64,000 nt of DNA from Octopus vulgaris. Lineage: Eukaryota. Position 1 is the first letter of the stretch. Each line of letters opens with the position of its first letter. Location: positions 9,300,001-9,364,000 of the forward strand of contig OX597817.1 in assembly GCA_951406725.2 (NCBI GenBank), written 5' to 3'. Under the pieces are notes generated by a model. That model did not search any database. It was given only the letters and a program-made list of their open reading frames with translations, and was not told the origin of the DNA. Positions 23,937-36,771 of this stretch are shown here, in pieces. Made by a program: the position numbers and the translations under genes.

Positions 23937-26677
23937 GTGAGTTCTTAGCAGATTTTTTTGTTCTTTAACTCCAGGCCATCTCTGTTTGAGCAGAAATATA
24001 ATGAAAAGGGTTTCCTAGTCATTACCATCCTATCTTTTATTCACATTGATTCAGGATTTTATTTTTCAAAATTCCCTTCTTTTCAGTAATTCTAGCATGC
24101 CTAATAATCATGCAGATGTTGTTTGAGGTGTGGGTTTTGTTTTTAATCTTTTGTATTTGATAATAATTATTACTAATCTTCATTTCTCAGCTGTTTGTGC
24201 AGGTATTGGTCAGATGTTTTTGCAAACATTGTTTGGTTTGGTTTAAGATATCATTGCTATATTGCTACTTGGCACAATGATTTCATTTTCTAAACACTTT
24301 CTTTTAACTTTGAACTGTACATTGTCATAACATGAGGAGAATAAAAAAATAAAAGAAATCAAAAATGATTCCTTTAAATTATGAATAAATAATCGCTTAG
24401 ATTATCAGTAAAAAGTAATACTAGAATTAATAAGCATGAGTTTCAGAAAGAAGAAAGAAACATGTCTGTATTTCATCAATCATTTCCATCATTCTAAGTT
24501 CACCTGTGATTTAAACATTTAGTATTCATAATATCAATTGGGTTAGGATGGAATATTTACATACAATTCATATTAGGTTGAAACAAATGAATTTTCTCCC
24601 ATGAAAAGGTAGTATCTACAAAACCAGGTGTATTGAGTTTGCAAAAATAACAGTGTCTTTACAGTGGCCGTATTTGGTTAATTTAAATGCTAAAAAGTTA
24701 AGTATCCTCAGTTCAAATATGAACAATGAAAGTAATTAATTTGTTGTTATTTAGATCCTAATCAGTTCTGACTGTGCACACCTGTGATTAAAGGTGTGCC
24801 AACTGTGATTGTTTAATCATTCTTTTAGGCCTTATGTATTCAAAACTGCAGTGTATCTGTTTTAAGATGGTTGGGTTTGATTTGAGGGAGATGATCATCA
24901 TTGTCGTTGTCGTCGTTTAACGTCCATCTTCTATGCAAGCAAGGGTAGGACAGTTGAACCTGCAGAAGAGGAGGTAAAAGAAGACATGGGAAAAATTACT
25001 GAAGGCTAATCTCAAGAGTCTGAACTTCATGAAGGAGATGACAAAGAACTGCAACAGGTGGTAAGATGCTGAAATAGAAAAGAGCAAACAAGCATAGAAA
25101 AGTGGATGCAAAATAGTGGTGGCAGTGGTTGTTGCACTGGTACCTCTGTACAAGTTTTTACTGTAAAAGGTCCTTAGGTCTAATTGTGCTAGTTAACACC
25201 TCTCACTTGTAAATAAAACTGAAGACCTGTGCCTCATTTTATGTAAGTTTTAAGTAACATTGAATATCTTCAAAGTGATCCTTGTTAGTAGCCGAGGACT
25301 GTACAGGCTGTGTCATTAACCCTATTTAATTTTATTTAAACTAGTAAAAGGTGTATTTTTCCTAATATATTAGATTGTATTTCCATTTAACTACAGGTTG
25401 TTTGCCAGAAAGAGGATAACGTGAAGATATTTACGATGAACTTTTAGTTTGGTGATGATAAAAATCATCATGAAAGGTTATCAAGTGTCTGTACATAGAT
25501 GTATTGTTAAACCTGCTTTGTGACTTGTGCATGTCAACTGATGTGCCTTGTGTGATGTTAGATCCACAACATCTGTTGAGTGTAATATCAAGTCAGATAA
25601 ATCACTTAGAATTTGATAAAACCAAAGATGTCTTGATCTGATAACACATCATCTAATAAATTCTTTATGTGAATGTTGTGGTTGGTTGGTTGGTGCCAGT
25701 GACATTTTCTGGAAACTTCATGTCATAATTATTGAAATCACTTACACTTAAACTTCTCATTTTTTTTTCCATATTTATATTTTGACTGCATTAATTTTTT
25801 TCTCATGTAGACATTGCTGACTTCATCTTAATTCTGATGACAAAACTATGTCTCTTTTTGTTTGAAACATTGTAGTATATTCAATATGTAGATCAGTTCA
25901 GTTTCATTTTGTCACAAAACACACCAAGGGATTACATAACAAAAATAACAAGAATAGCAACAATGGCAGTAAAGTCTGTCCTAGTAAATCTGTTCTCCCT
26001 TCTCTCTTTCTGTTTCTGAATTTCATATTAAATATCTAAAATGTTTTCCTTTTTAGGATTTTTCATATTAGTTTTGTCTGTTAATTCTGTCAGTAGAATG
26101 AAATATTAAAAATACTAAGATCCCTATCAGATTTTGAATAAACCATATCATGTTTCATTGTTGTTTAATAAGGCGGCGAGCTGGCAGAAACGTTAGCGCG
26201 CCGGGCGAAATGCTTATCGTTATGTTCCGAGTTCAAATTCCGCCGAGGTCGACTTCGCCTTTCATCCTTTCGGGGTCGATAAATAAAGTACTAGTTACGC
26301 ACTGGGGTCGATGTAATCGACTTAATAAAGAAAAATATGGCGGCACCCCAGCATGACCACAGCCCGTGAGCTGAAACTAGATAAAATAAAATAAAATTTA
26401 AAAAAAGGTTAGCCTTGATTGAGCATATTGATAGCCAAAGGTGTCTGGTCTTGATTTTTTATTTTTACTTAGACATAATGTATTCTAAGATGGTAGGTTT
26501 GATTTGATGGTACTTGGCTGCTATTTCTATAGATTGAATGACTATATGTATTGGCTCTCATTGGTTCTATTGTTGGTGTTGGTGTTGTTGCTGTTGCTTA
26601 TTTTATTCAAACCATTTTTGGCAACACTTAGTATGAAAAGTAGAAGCAAATGGCTGGATTGTTGTTGCTGTTGTTAA

Positions 26678-26897
26678 CCCTTTCGTTACTGTATTTATTT
26701 TAAGATGCTCTGTGTTTCTTTCAATTACTTTAAATATAACAAATACTTTAGTAAAATAACTTTGTTATTATTAAGCTAGTGTTAGGAACATAAATTGTGA
26801 TTAAGGTTTGGTGAAAGATTTTAATTCAAAACTTATAAAAACAGACATTTGTACCACAGAGCCAGAGCCAGTTTCAGCCAGGTTGGTAATGAAAGGG
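26678..26897. mobile_element. piggyBac-type MITE family P2
   Basis: TTAA-CCCTTTCGTTAC...GTAATGAAAGGG-TTA; matches the 43144 copy. Confidence 0.85.
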
Positions 26898-27789
26898 TTA
26901 TCTTAGTATGGCAAAACATTATTTAACTGCTGATAGACATAATATCCTGTGTTAATTAACAGTGGGGAAACAGCTGTTCAGCACATGAATATTAATAACA
27001 AGAGGAAAGCAAATGCTCAGGACATGGCTAAATATTGAATGTGGAGAAAATCAAGCTTTTTGAAAAAACTTTGAAATTATAATATATTTTATAAAGTACT
27101 TATGCAAAATATGAAAGGTTAAAGTTTTGACAAAGGAGCATGCCAGCTATCATCTTCATCAACATCATCAGCATTTTGTGACTGTTTTTCCATACCTACA
27201 TTGATTAAATACATCTTGTCTAACACAGTGCCTCATCACTTGTTGAGGTTTCTTTTGTAAGGATCAAGCTTTCTGACATCAACTTTCATCATCTCTTGTA
27301 TATTTTTTGGTCTTCCTCTCACACAAGTTTCTTCCAGTTGGTTATTTTGGTTTTCTTTGCCCAATTATTATCCTTCATATGTATCAAGTATCCATACCAG
27401 TGCAGCCCACTCCCTTGCACACATGTTTCTACTAGTTTGCTCTTCTTTTCTGCTCTCTCTCTATCTGATTCCTCTTACAACCTGTTTTCCTCTTGTTTGT
27501 TTATGCTCTATTGTTCATGTGTACTAACATTACAGGCTTTCCTTGTTTCTTTCCAGCCTTTACACATCCTTCATGTACAATTCTGTGTTTCACTACCATC
27601 TATTGTCACTCTTTATACTCAAGCGTTATTAAGCCTGCTCTTCACTCAGAGAGAGAGAGAGAATCCTTTTGTTGCCGCCAGTAGAGGCTCTCTGATCTGC
27701 TTCATTCCATTCTTATTCTGGCTACAATACTTTCACAATACCCATCTCACCTGTTGATTATGTCACCAAGATAACAGAAGCTATAAAAT

Positions 27790-29630
27790 ATTTCTGCCTT
27801 TGAAAGAATTAATTTCATGGTGCTAACTACTCTTTTGTGTTACCTGCATATGGAATTATTTCCGTCAGCTTACCTGTGATCTCACTCTATCTCTCATGAA
27901 CACATAGTTTACATTGGATACCCAGTGTAGATGATATACTTTTTGGCATATCAAGAGTAGCCACTTTCTCGATTGCAGAAGAATGTATTCCTCTGTGTTA
28001 AGACTTGATAAAGTTCACTTTTATACTTTTGGATTCTAGGCTCTGCTTCCATGTTTGGAACTTTTCCTCAAATTCTTTGACTGATCTGACTATGGGAACC
28101 AGATTGTCAGCATAGAAAAGTTTTCACAGATGACCTGTTTTGAAATCCTCTATTTACAGCTTGGAGAATTGTAGAATTACAATAAACGGAATGCTGAAAA
28201 AATAGTTATCTGATAAATTCTTTATAGAACTCATTGCTAATTCACACCTTGCTCTTGGCACCTTTGTACATAGCTCGCCTGACTTTCACAAGCCATTCTT
28301 TTACACTGGTTTTCTTAGTGTCCCACAACTACAGAGCATAGAACCTTATCAAAAGTCTTCTCCAGGTCAATAAATGCTAGTTTTAGAGGCCGACTCTCTG
28401 CTAAGATTTTCTCCTTTAGTTGCCCAATTGTCACACAAAGAAGACATTATTGTTGTCACATCCTGGGACAGTCCTAACTGCATTTTTTCTAAGCTTATTT
28501 TCTTCCTAATTAGCCATGTTCTTACTTTCACAACTTGCTCCATTAATTTGATACTTCTGTTATTACAAATTTTCATGAGCATCATTTTTGCTAATGTAAC
28601 AGTTAACGATACTGCTTTGACATTCATTAAAGATAACACCTCCCAGTGCTACACTAATTATTTTCATCAGCCATCTACATTCTTCACATCCTCAATAGCT
28701 CTTTTAACCATAGACTGGTCAACAGACATTGGATGTTACTGTAATTCGTCTTGACTGGCTTCCGTGCCGGTGGCATGTAAAATGCACCAATCTGACCGTG
28801 GCCATTGCCAGCCTCGCCTGGCACCTGTGCAGGTGGCACGTAATAAGCACCCACTACACTCACGGAGTGGTTGACATTAGGAAGGGCATCCAGCTGTAGA
28901 AACACTGCCAGATCAGACTGGAGCCTGGTGCAGCCTTCTGGCTTCCCAGACCCCAGTTGAACCGTCCAACCCATGCTAGCATGGAGAACGGACGCTAATC
29001 GATGATGATGATGATGATGATTGTCCTTATTCATCAACATCTTGTAGTATTTCCAAGTCTCTTTCTTCGAGGCATTAGCAAGTAATTGACTATCATTACA
29101 TACACATAACACTCCAAGAATGTGGAACCTTTTACATTTAGTGTAACATAGCCATAGTGTATACATCAGAATAGCCATTGCCATGTTTTCCAACATGTCC
29201 ATTAAAGGCACCGTCCATGATAGCCAAATTGCTATCATCTGTTATTCAGGTGTTCTGAAAGATGTTACCATAGAAATGGTCTTTTGCTCATCTATCAATC
29301 CTGAACGTGGTGCATATACAAAGATCACTGAAGTCTTGCTTATGACTAGTCTAAGATTAATTATTCTGTTAACCACTCTGAATACTTCAATCATTTTATC
29401 CATTTCTCTGTCAAAAATATGCCTACTTCACCAGTTCCAGATGTGTTACCTTCCCAGAAAAATGTTAATGTTCTTCCAGTTCATGGCAAGTCTGGCTGAG
29501 ATTCCTTTCCATATTCCCTCTCGGACACAACTTGTGTCTACCTGCCATTGTTCAAGAATTGTTACAATCTCTCTTGATTTCACTTTCATCTTATCAACAT
29601 TTTTGCCAGATTTTCTGGTGGAGTTTTGAC
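27790..29630 (-). mobile_element. Highly decayed RTE LINE, interrupted by an S4 copy at 28752-29020
   Basis: Minus-strand remnants such as KKETWKYY, IKLMEQVVKV...MQLGL and DLEKTFDKV, colinear with the 2860 relic. Confidence 0.7.
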
Positions 29631-29761
29631 TGTTTGATATTCATTTTCTCTATCTAAAAGGAAGAGAGCTGTTGATATAATTTTATGTTTGAGAGGTTCT
29701 CAGACATGATCAGATATTCCTAACGGTCTATCTATCTCCCATGCACAGAATTATCTTTGTA

Positions 29762-30155
29762 CTAGCAGTATCGCCTGGTGTTGCTTGGGTTTGTTTCAAC
29801 CCTTTAGAATTGGAATTTTTGAAAAGTAAAAATTGTGCATTATGTAGCTTGTTATTCTCTTTAAGTGAATATTTTTCTGGTTGAAATACACCGAAAAATG
29901 GCGACACAGCAGTCAAAAGATTATAAAAAATAGGGATTTTCATAGAAAAAAAGCACCTTTTTGATGTAAATAATTTTTGGTGTTAACATGGTCCGATTTG
30001 AATTTTTTCTTCTACGGAAGGAAGAGCAAGCGTTCTTCTATCATACTCTCAATTATGGTCAACTTGCACCACGGGGTCTTGGAGGAAATAGTGTTAGTTG
30101 AAGGCTACCAAACCTGCCATACACAAACAACTTTAGCTTTATATATATAGAGAGA
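29762..30155 (-). mobile_element. Non-autonomous Helitron-like element
   Basis: Minus strand: 5' TCTCTCTATATATATAAA, 3' hairpin then ACTGCTAG, in an A|T site with no TSD. Confidence 0.75.
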
Positions 30156-31049
30156 TGTATCAATTCTGTAGATGTAATTTGAGTTTAAGTTTGATTTGAC
30201 TGATGTGTCTTAGGCCCGTTTTTCACAGCTGGATGTCCTTTCTATTACTTCACAGCATAGACTGAATGAATTTAATTTTGCCATTTGTACTATAGAGAAG
30301 CTGTTTGGTTAGACTGTATTTGTTCCCACTACATTGCATTGATTTTTATTCAGAGTTGTTGCTCTCATAGATAGGCCATTTCCACTGCAGCTGATAGAGT
30401 TCACATCTCTCCTATGCAGAAATGTATTCTAAGTTACTCTTCTAGATAAGTTACTTTCTCTTCTTTATGTCATACAAATTTCATATCAGCCCTTACTCTT
30501 TTACTCTTTTACTTGTTTCAGTCATTTGACTGCGGCCCTGCTGGAGCACCGCCTTTTAATCGAGCAAATCGACCCCGGGACTTATTCTTTTGTAAGCCCA
30601 GTACTTATTCTATCGGTCTCTTTTGCCGAACCGCTAAGTGATGGGGATGTAAACACACCAGCATCGGTTGTCAAGCAATGCTAGGGGGACAAACACAGAC
30701 ACACAAACACACACACGCATATATATATATGTACATATATACGACGGGCTTCTTTCAGTTTCCGTCTACCAAATCCACCCACAAGGCTTTGGTCGGCCCG
30801 AGACTATAGTAGAAGACACTTGCCCAAGGTGCCACGCAGTGGAACTGAACCTGGAACCATGTGGTTGGTAAACAAGCTACTTACCACACAGCCACTCCTA
30901 CGCCTATGTATTGCAGTTTTTCTTTGCATTTTGAATTCAAATTTCATTGAAGTCAACTTTGTCAAATTTGCTTGTGAATGACACCTGAATTTTTTTTTTT
31001 TTTTGCTGGGTTATTGTTTTCTGAGGGAGATTTTTGAATTGTCCAACAT

Positions 31050-31890
31050 TTTAGCAGGGTTGCCTTCAATTGTTGCATATATTAACGACATAGATGCAAA
31101 CTTGAGGGATGTTACAGTGTTGAAATATGTAGATGACATCAAGCTGTATCTTGAAATAAAAAGAATAGATCCACTGTGCTATAGATCTTTCCTGCAGCCA
31201 GACCTGGACACAATGCAGCAATGAATCTTAGACTGGCAACTCAAGCGCTAGCTGTGGACAAGTGCACCATGCACTTCGGGAAGAAAAACCCAGCCTTTAC
31301 ATACTCCCTCAGCAACACCAATCTCGAGAAGTCTTCTAGTGAACATGATCTGGGTATTATTGTAAACAGTGATCTGTGTTGGACAGGCTGAGGGTGTCCT
31401 AGCATCACTCAGTAAGACCTTTGTCAGCCTCTCTCCAGCTATCTGTTTAGAACTGTATATGACAATGGTACAGCCACACTTAGAATTTGCATCACCAGCC
31501 TGGAGCCCTATCTTACTCAGCATATACCTCTCCTGGAAACTTGAGAAGCATGCAACAAAAATACTCACCGTCAGGTATCTTTCATAGTCAGAATGTCTTG
31601 CTTCCCTGGGCACGGACACATTGAAGCTCAGATGTCTGGCAACTGACTTGGTAGACACCCACAAGATTATCCACCATCTTTCCAAAAACCTTGGACACCT
31701 TTTTGAATTCCATGTGTCAAACACTCATGGACATGCTCGCAAAACCAAAAAACAACACAGCACATATGACTTTCGGAAACATTTTTCATGCTCAGAATTG
31801 CTGAAGCATGGAATAAACTACCTGCATCAGTTGTTGGCTGTCAAGACACTACATCCTTTCAAAACATCCATGCTTCTTGAAATCCACCAA
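31050..31890 (+). mobile_element. CR1/L2-group LINE RT C-terminal relic
   Basis: YINDID...KYVDDIKLY; LYMTMVQPHLEFASPAWSP; frameshifted. Confidence 0.8.
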
Positions 31891-32855
31891 CAGTACACCT
31901 GGTGGCTTTTTTTTTTTTAGTTGTAATGCACCTGAGCACTGTATACAACATTTTCTTTCATATATCATATCTGTGTCAATGTCTTTCCATAGGTCTCATA
32001 GCAGGGATCAATACTGCTTAGGGTACCTATAGTAAGGGGAGGGTAGAAATATGGCGGTCTTACAGAAGTATGGTGGGTTTGTTTGGAGTGTCTGAATTCC
32101 TAGACAGTTCATGGTTCTGGTACTTCTGGAATGCCCCACCTTTCCCTAGTGTAGGTAAGATATGCTATTACTGAACTGAGCAGAGTATTTACCAACTGGT
32201 TGAGGTTCTCCTGGAACAAATGCAGTTTTCCCTGACTATCCATTATAGTTGCAAAGAGATGGCTAGGAAGGGGACTGTCTCTATTGTACTGAATAAGGGA
32301 TGGGGTCTCATGGTACTAAGCAGATACAATTAGGTAGGAGGATCAGAAAAGAGGTTTATTCATTGCTTATTTTAAGTAAAGATAAGCCAAAGGGTTCATA
32401 GTGGGCGGGGACGAGGTATCATTCACTTGATCATTCATGATTTTGTTCCTGAGCATACATTCAGTTTCTAGGTGTTAAAGGGGAAACTAAATAATAAGCA
32501 AAGTGGCTATTTGTAAAATCTCAAGAAGAGATCAGAGTAGTAACCATACTAACCAGTTAAGTTAATTGCCACATCAAAGTGGCTGTTCCATGTTACTACT
32601 ATTTTTACCCCAGACAGATCTTCTACCAGCTGGTTATCAGCACAGCACTGCACCCTCATCATCATCATTATCATCATCATTTTTATGATTCTAGTAAAAT
32701 ATCCTTATGATAAAAATAAATTATTTGCTTAGCATAAATTTAGTACTAACTCCAGCCTCCATAAAAAGAGGGTAATAGATAATAGATCATGTTTGTGGGT
32801 CACCAATTACCAACTGAAATGAATCTTCAGATGAAGCTGCCAAAAGAGAGACATA

Positions 32856-34857
32856 CCATAAAAACCCATGTAATTTGCGCACCTGTGTAATTTACGCAGG
32901 TGATTTTCAGGATAAAATTAATTAAAAAAGGCTTCTACTCATGTAAAATTCACACCCAAAAGTTTTCAGAATTGCCGATATAGCCAGGCGAAAAAGGTTT
33001 TCAATTTAGTTGTATTTAGCATAATTTCACTTACTTATGATTAGCTTTTATTAAATTTTCATTAAATAACAATAATTTCTGTTTAACAGGTATCACATTG
33101 AAAGCTATTAAATTACAAAGTGTTTGTGTTGTTTCTAATAAACTTTATTTTACATTTCTTGGCCACAAGAGATTATGTCCGATCTTTAGCAAACTGCTGT
33201 ATGTCTTCTCCAATCACGATCACAGAAAAAATTGTTGATAAGAATTACCAACAAAAACAAAGCTGATAAATACGCACAGGTGTTGCAAATTAAGTTTAAT
33301 TACCAATAAACATCATCTTGGATGACACTTTACTCAACCGACAGAGGAAGGTGACCGATCAAACTGATTATGTAAATAGAATTCTTTTCCGCCTATTCTT
33401 GTTGGAACCTTTGATACGGAGTATCGAAATTTTAATCCCTTTCACACTTATAAAATGTCAGGCAAACCTTAAAAAGTTGTCATTACCGTTATTGTCAGTG
33501 TGGGTAGAACTTATGAATCATTTACTGTGAAGGAGAAATTAAATATATTGAATATACTAGGCGCAGGAGTGGCTGTGTGGTAAGTAGCTTGCTAACCAAC
33601 CACATGGTTCCGGGTTCAGTCCCACTGCGTGGCATCTTGGGCAAGTGTCTTCTGCTATAGCCCCGGTCCGACCAATGCCTTGTGAGTGGATTTGGTAGAC
33701 AGAAACTGAAAGAAGCCTGTCGTATATATGTATATATATATATGTGTGTGTTTGTGTGTCTGTGTTTGTCCCCCTAGTATTACTTGACAACCGATGCTGG
33801 TGTGTTTACGTCCCCGTCACTTAGCGGTTCGGCAAAAGAGACCGATAGAATAAGTACTGGGCTTACAAAGAATAAGTTCCGGGGTCGATTTGCTCGACTA
33901 AAGGCGGTGCTCCAGCATGGCCGCAGTCAAATGACTGAAACAAGTAAAAGAGTAAAAGAGTAAAAGAGTATACATTTGAACATGGCAGTAGAGCTGCCGG
34001 AAGGCATTTTAATGAAGCTAATGTTTGAGATTGGCAAAAACAGTAGGACAAACTTAAAACTGTGCCTATTAATAAACAGACAAAAATAAAAACATACAAT
34101 CAAGATTATCCAAAGCATTACATTTTTTTCAGTCAGAAGTATCCGTATCATTATGTATGTCAATGGTGCTCCATTGCGATAGGTAGAAACTGCGAGCAAT
34201 GTAAAATATGGCCCAGACCATGTTTTACCAACATGGACGTCAGACTTCAACAAGTAGTTAACCAGTTAATGGTTTTAGTAAATTTATACAGAAAAAGTAA
34301 GCATTATACTGCCCAGCTTCATTATATTTAAGTCACTATTTTTTCTGTAAAAACCTATTCTGACATTGAATGAATCAACTTCTGGTATGAATACTCTTTA
34401 CTCTTTTTACTCTTTTACTTGTTTCAGTCATTTGACTGCGGCCATGCTGGAGCACCGCCTTTAGTCGAGCAAATCGACCCCGGGACTTATTCTTTGTAAG
34501 CCCAGTACTTATTCTATCGGTCTCTTTTGCCGAACCGCTAAATGACGGGGACGTAAACACACCAGCATCGGTTGTCAAGCAATGCTAGGGGAACAAACAC
34601 AGATACACAAACACACACACACACACAGCTTCATATATATATTTAAGCCACAGGCTATTTTTTCTGTAAAAACCTATTCTGACATTAAATGAATCAACTT
34701 CTGGTATGAATGTTTATGTTTTTACAACAAAAAGAATCCCCCCCCCCCAAAAAAAAAGAAAAATTGTGGAAATGATCTACTCATGTAATTTACTCACCCC
34801 ATAGAGTTTATTTTTTATTTTTGTGAAAAAGTGTGTAAATTACATGGGTTTTTACAG
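32856..34857 (+). mobile_element. pogo-family DNA transposon deletion derivative with two nested S2 SINEs
   Basis: TIRs CCATAAAAACCCATGTAATTT / AAATTACATGGGTTTTTACAG, TA flanks; relic N-terminal HTH SFTVKEKL..EYTFEHGSRAAGRHFNEANV*DWQKQ. Confidence 0.8.
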
Positions 34858-35658
34858 TAAGTAAGGAGTGAGCTAGAGAAAGCCTTAATAACAGTAGTAA
34901 TAATTCTCCACTAGCTTAGACTAGTTCTGGCTTCCTTGAGAAGCAGGGAATAATATGCCATATCCATTGAACCACCATTATTGATTACTCACCTCTCTGA
35001 ATTAATCTTCTGGTGAAGTCACTGAGAAACAGTCACTGATAGAGATATAAACAGATAGGCGGGAAACAAACAGATAGAGAAACAGCAAGGGAGTTATCAT
35101 GCTAGGGCCAAAGCTGTCAAGAATAGGGTTCTAGTGGGAAGGTAAAGTTAATATGACTGTGGGCCAGCTGGATACTTTTTCTAGCATTTGTAAACTACAG
35201 TTTTATAGTTTAAAAAATAATATAACATGATTAATTAGCTTGGCATTTATCTCATAAGATTCTGTAAGCAATTTGGGGGTGCACCTTTCTGATGGCTGTG
35301 AGCTTACTGGATACTTCTGATAGTGTTTTTTAAACTATGATTTTACTATTATAGATTACAATATCCAGTTTGTCCTTCCTTTTTTAAAGATAGAGGAATA
35401 GTCTGAGAGAGACTTGCCTGCTATTTCTGCTAGGTCGAGCTCATTACATCTTTTTTTCTCTTTTTACTTGTTTCAGTCATTTGACTGCGGCCATACTGGA
35501 GCACCGCTTTAGTCGAGCAGATCGACCCCAGGACTTATTCTTTGTAAGCCCAGTACTTATTCTATCGGTCTCTTTTGCCGAACCGCTAAGTGACGGGGAC
35601 GTAAACACACCAGCATCGGTTGTCAGGCAATGCTAGGGGGACAAACACAGACACACAA

Positions 35659-35690
<32 letters not shown>

Positions 35691-36600
35691 TTATACACAC
35701 ATACATATAGATATATATATATATATACATATATACGACAGGCTTCTTTCAGTTTCCGTCTACCAAATCCACTCACAAGGCATTGGTCGGCCCGGGGCTA
35801 TAGTAGAAGACACTTGTCCAAGGATGCCACGCAGTGGGACTGAACCTGGAACCATGTGGTTGGTTAGCAAGCTACTTACCACACAGCCACTCCTGCGCAT
35901 ATTTACTTTTACGGTGTGGACATTGCAGATTTCATAGATTTACTTCATCCTTATCCTAAGCCAAAGTAAACTGTTGATGTTTGTGGGAGATTACTTTTAT
36001 TGAGCAGACTGAGTGGGGAGGGAGGAGAGGTTGGAGGGATGTCAGATTTTATTACAGCCTTTGTTCTTTGAAGCTTTGTTACATCTTTTTCTATACCGGT
36101 CGTTGTTGTTGATGAAATCTGGGTAGGTCCTGATTAAACCAACCTATGATGAAAGGAGTTCAAGTCATAACTATCACCTCCTTTTTTTCAGGCATTGTCT
36201 ATCTGAGACTACATTATCTAAAGCATTCTTAGATAAAGCTGGTGGCTCGTAAAAAAGCACCCACTACACTCTCGGAGTGGTTGGCGATAGGAAGGGCATC
36301 CAGCAGTAGAAACTCTGCCAAATCAAGATTGGAGCCTGGTGCAGCCATCTGGTTCGCCAGCCCTCAGTCAAAATCGTCCAACCCATGCTAGCATGGAAAG
36401 CGGATGTTAAACGATGATGATGATGATGACGACGATTCTTATTCTTATTCTTATTCTTATTTGAAGACAATAAGTTGTGACTTGAGGGGAATTTTGCTGC
36501 TATTTTTGAGCATATCAAGTGACTCTGTAGAGGCTTTATTATTAACTTGTTTTCTCCCATTTGTTGCTTATGTATGCTATTGTGGTTGTTTCTGTTGCAG

Positions 36601-36771
36601 GTGCTATTGCAGGGATTGCTGACCAACCAATTCAAGGTGTTTTGTCCTCGCAGCTACTCAGCGACAATTCATTAGCAAGCGGATTTGTAACTGGAGTCGG
36701 TAAAGGGCTAGTTGGTGTTGTTACTAAACCAATTGGAGGTGCAGCAGAGTTCCTTTCACAGACTGGTCAAG
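36601..36771 (+). CDS. VPS13B: VPS13B exon 9
   Basis: ttgcAG|GT; CAAG|GTAAGC; AIAGIADQP...GVGKGLVGVVTKPIGGAAEFLSQTG. Confidence 0.95.
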
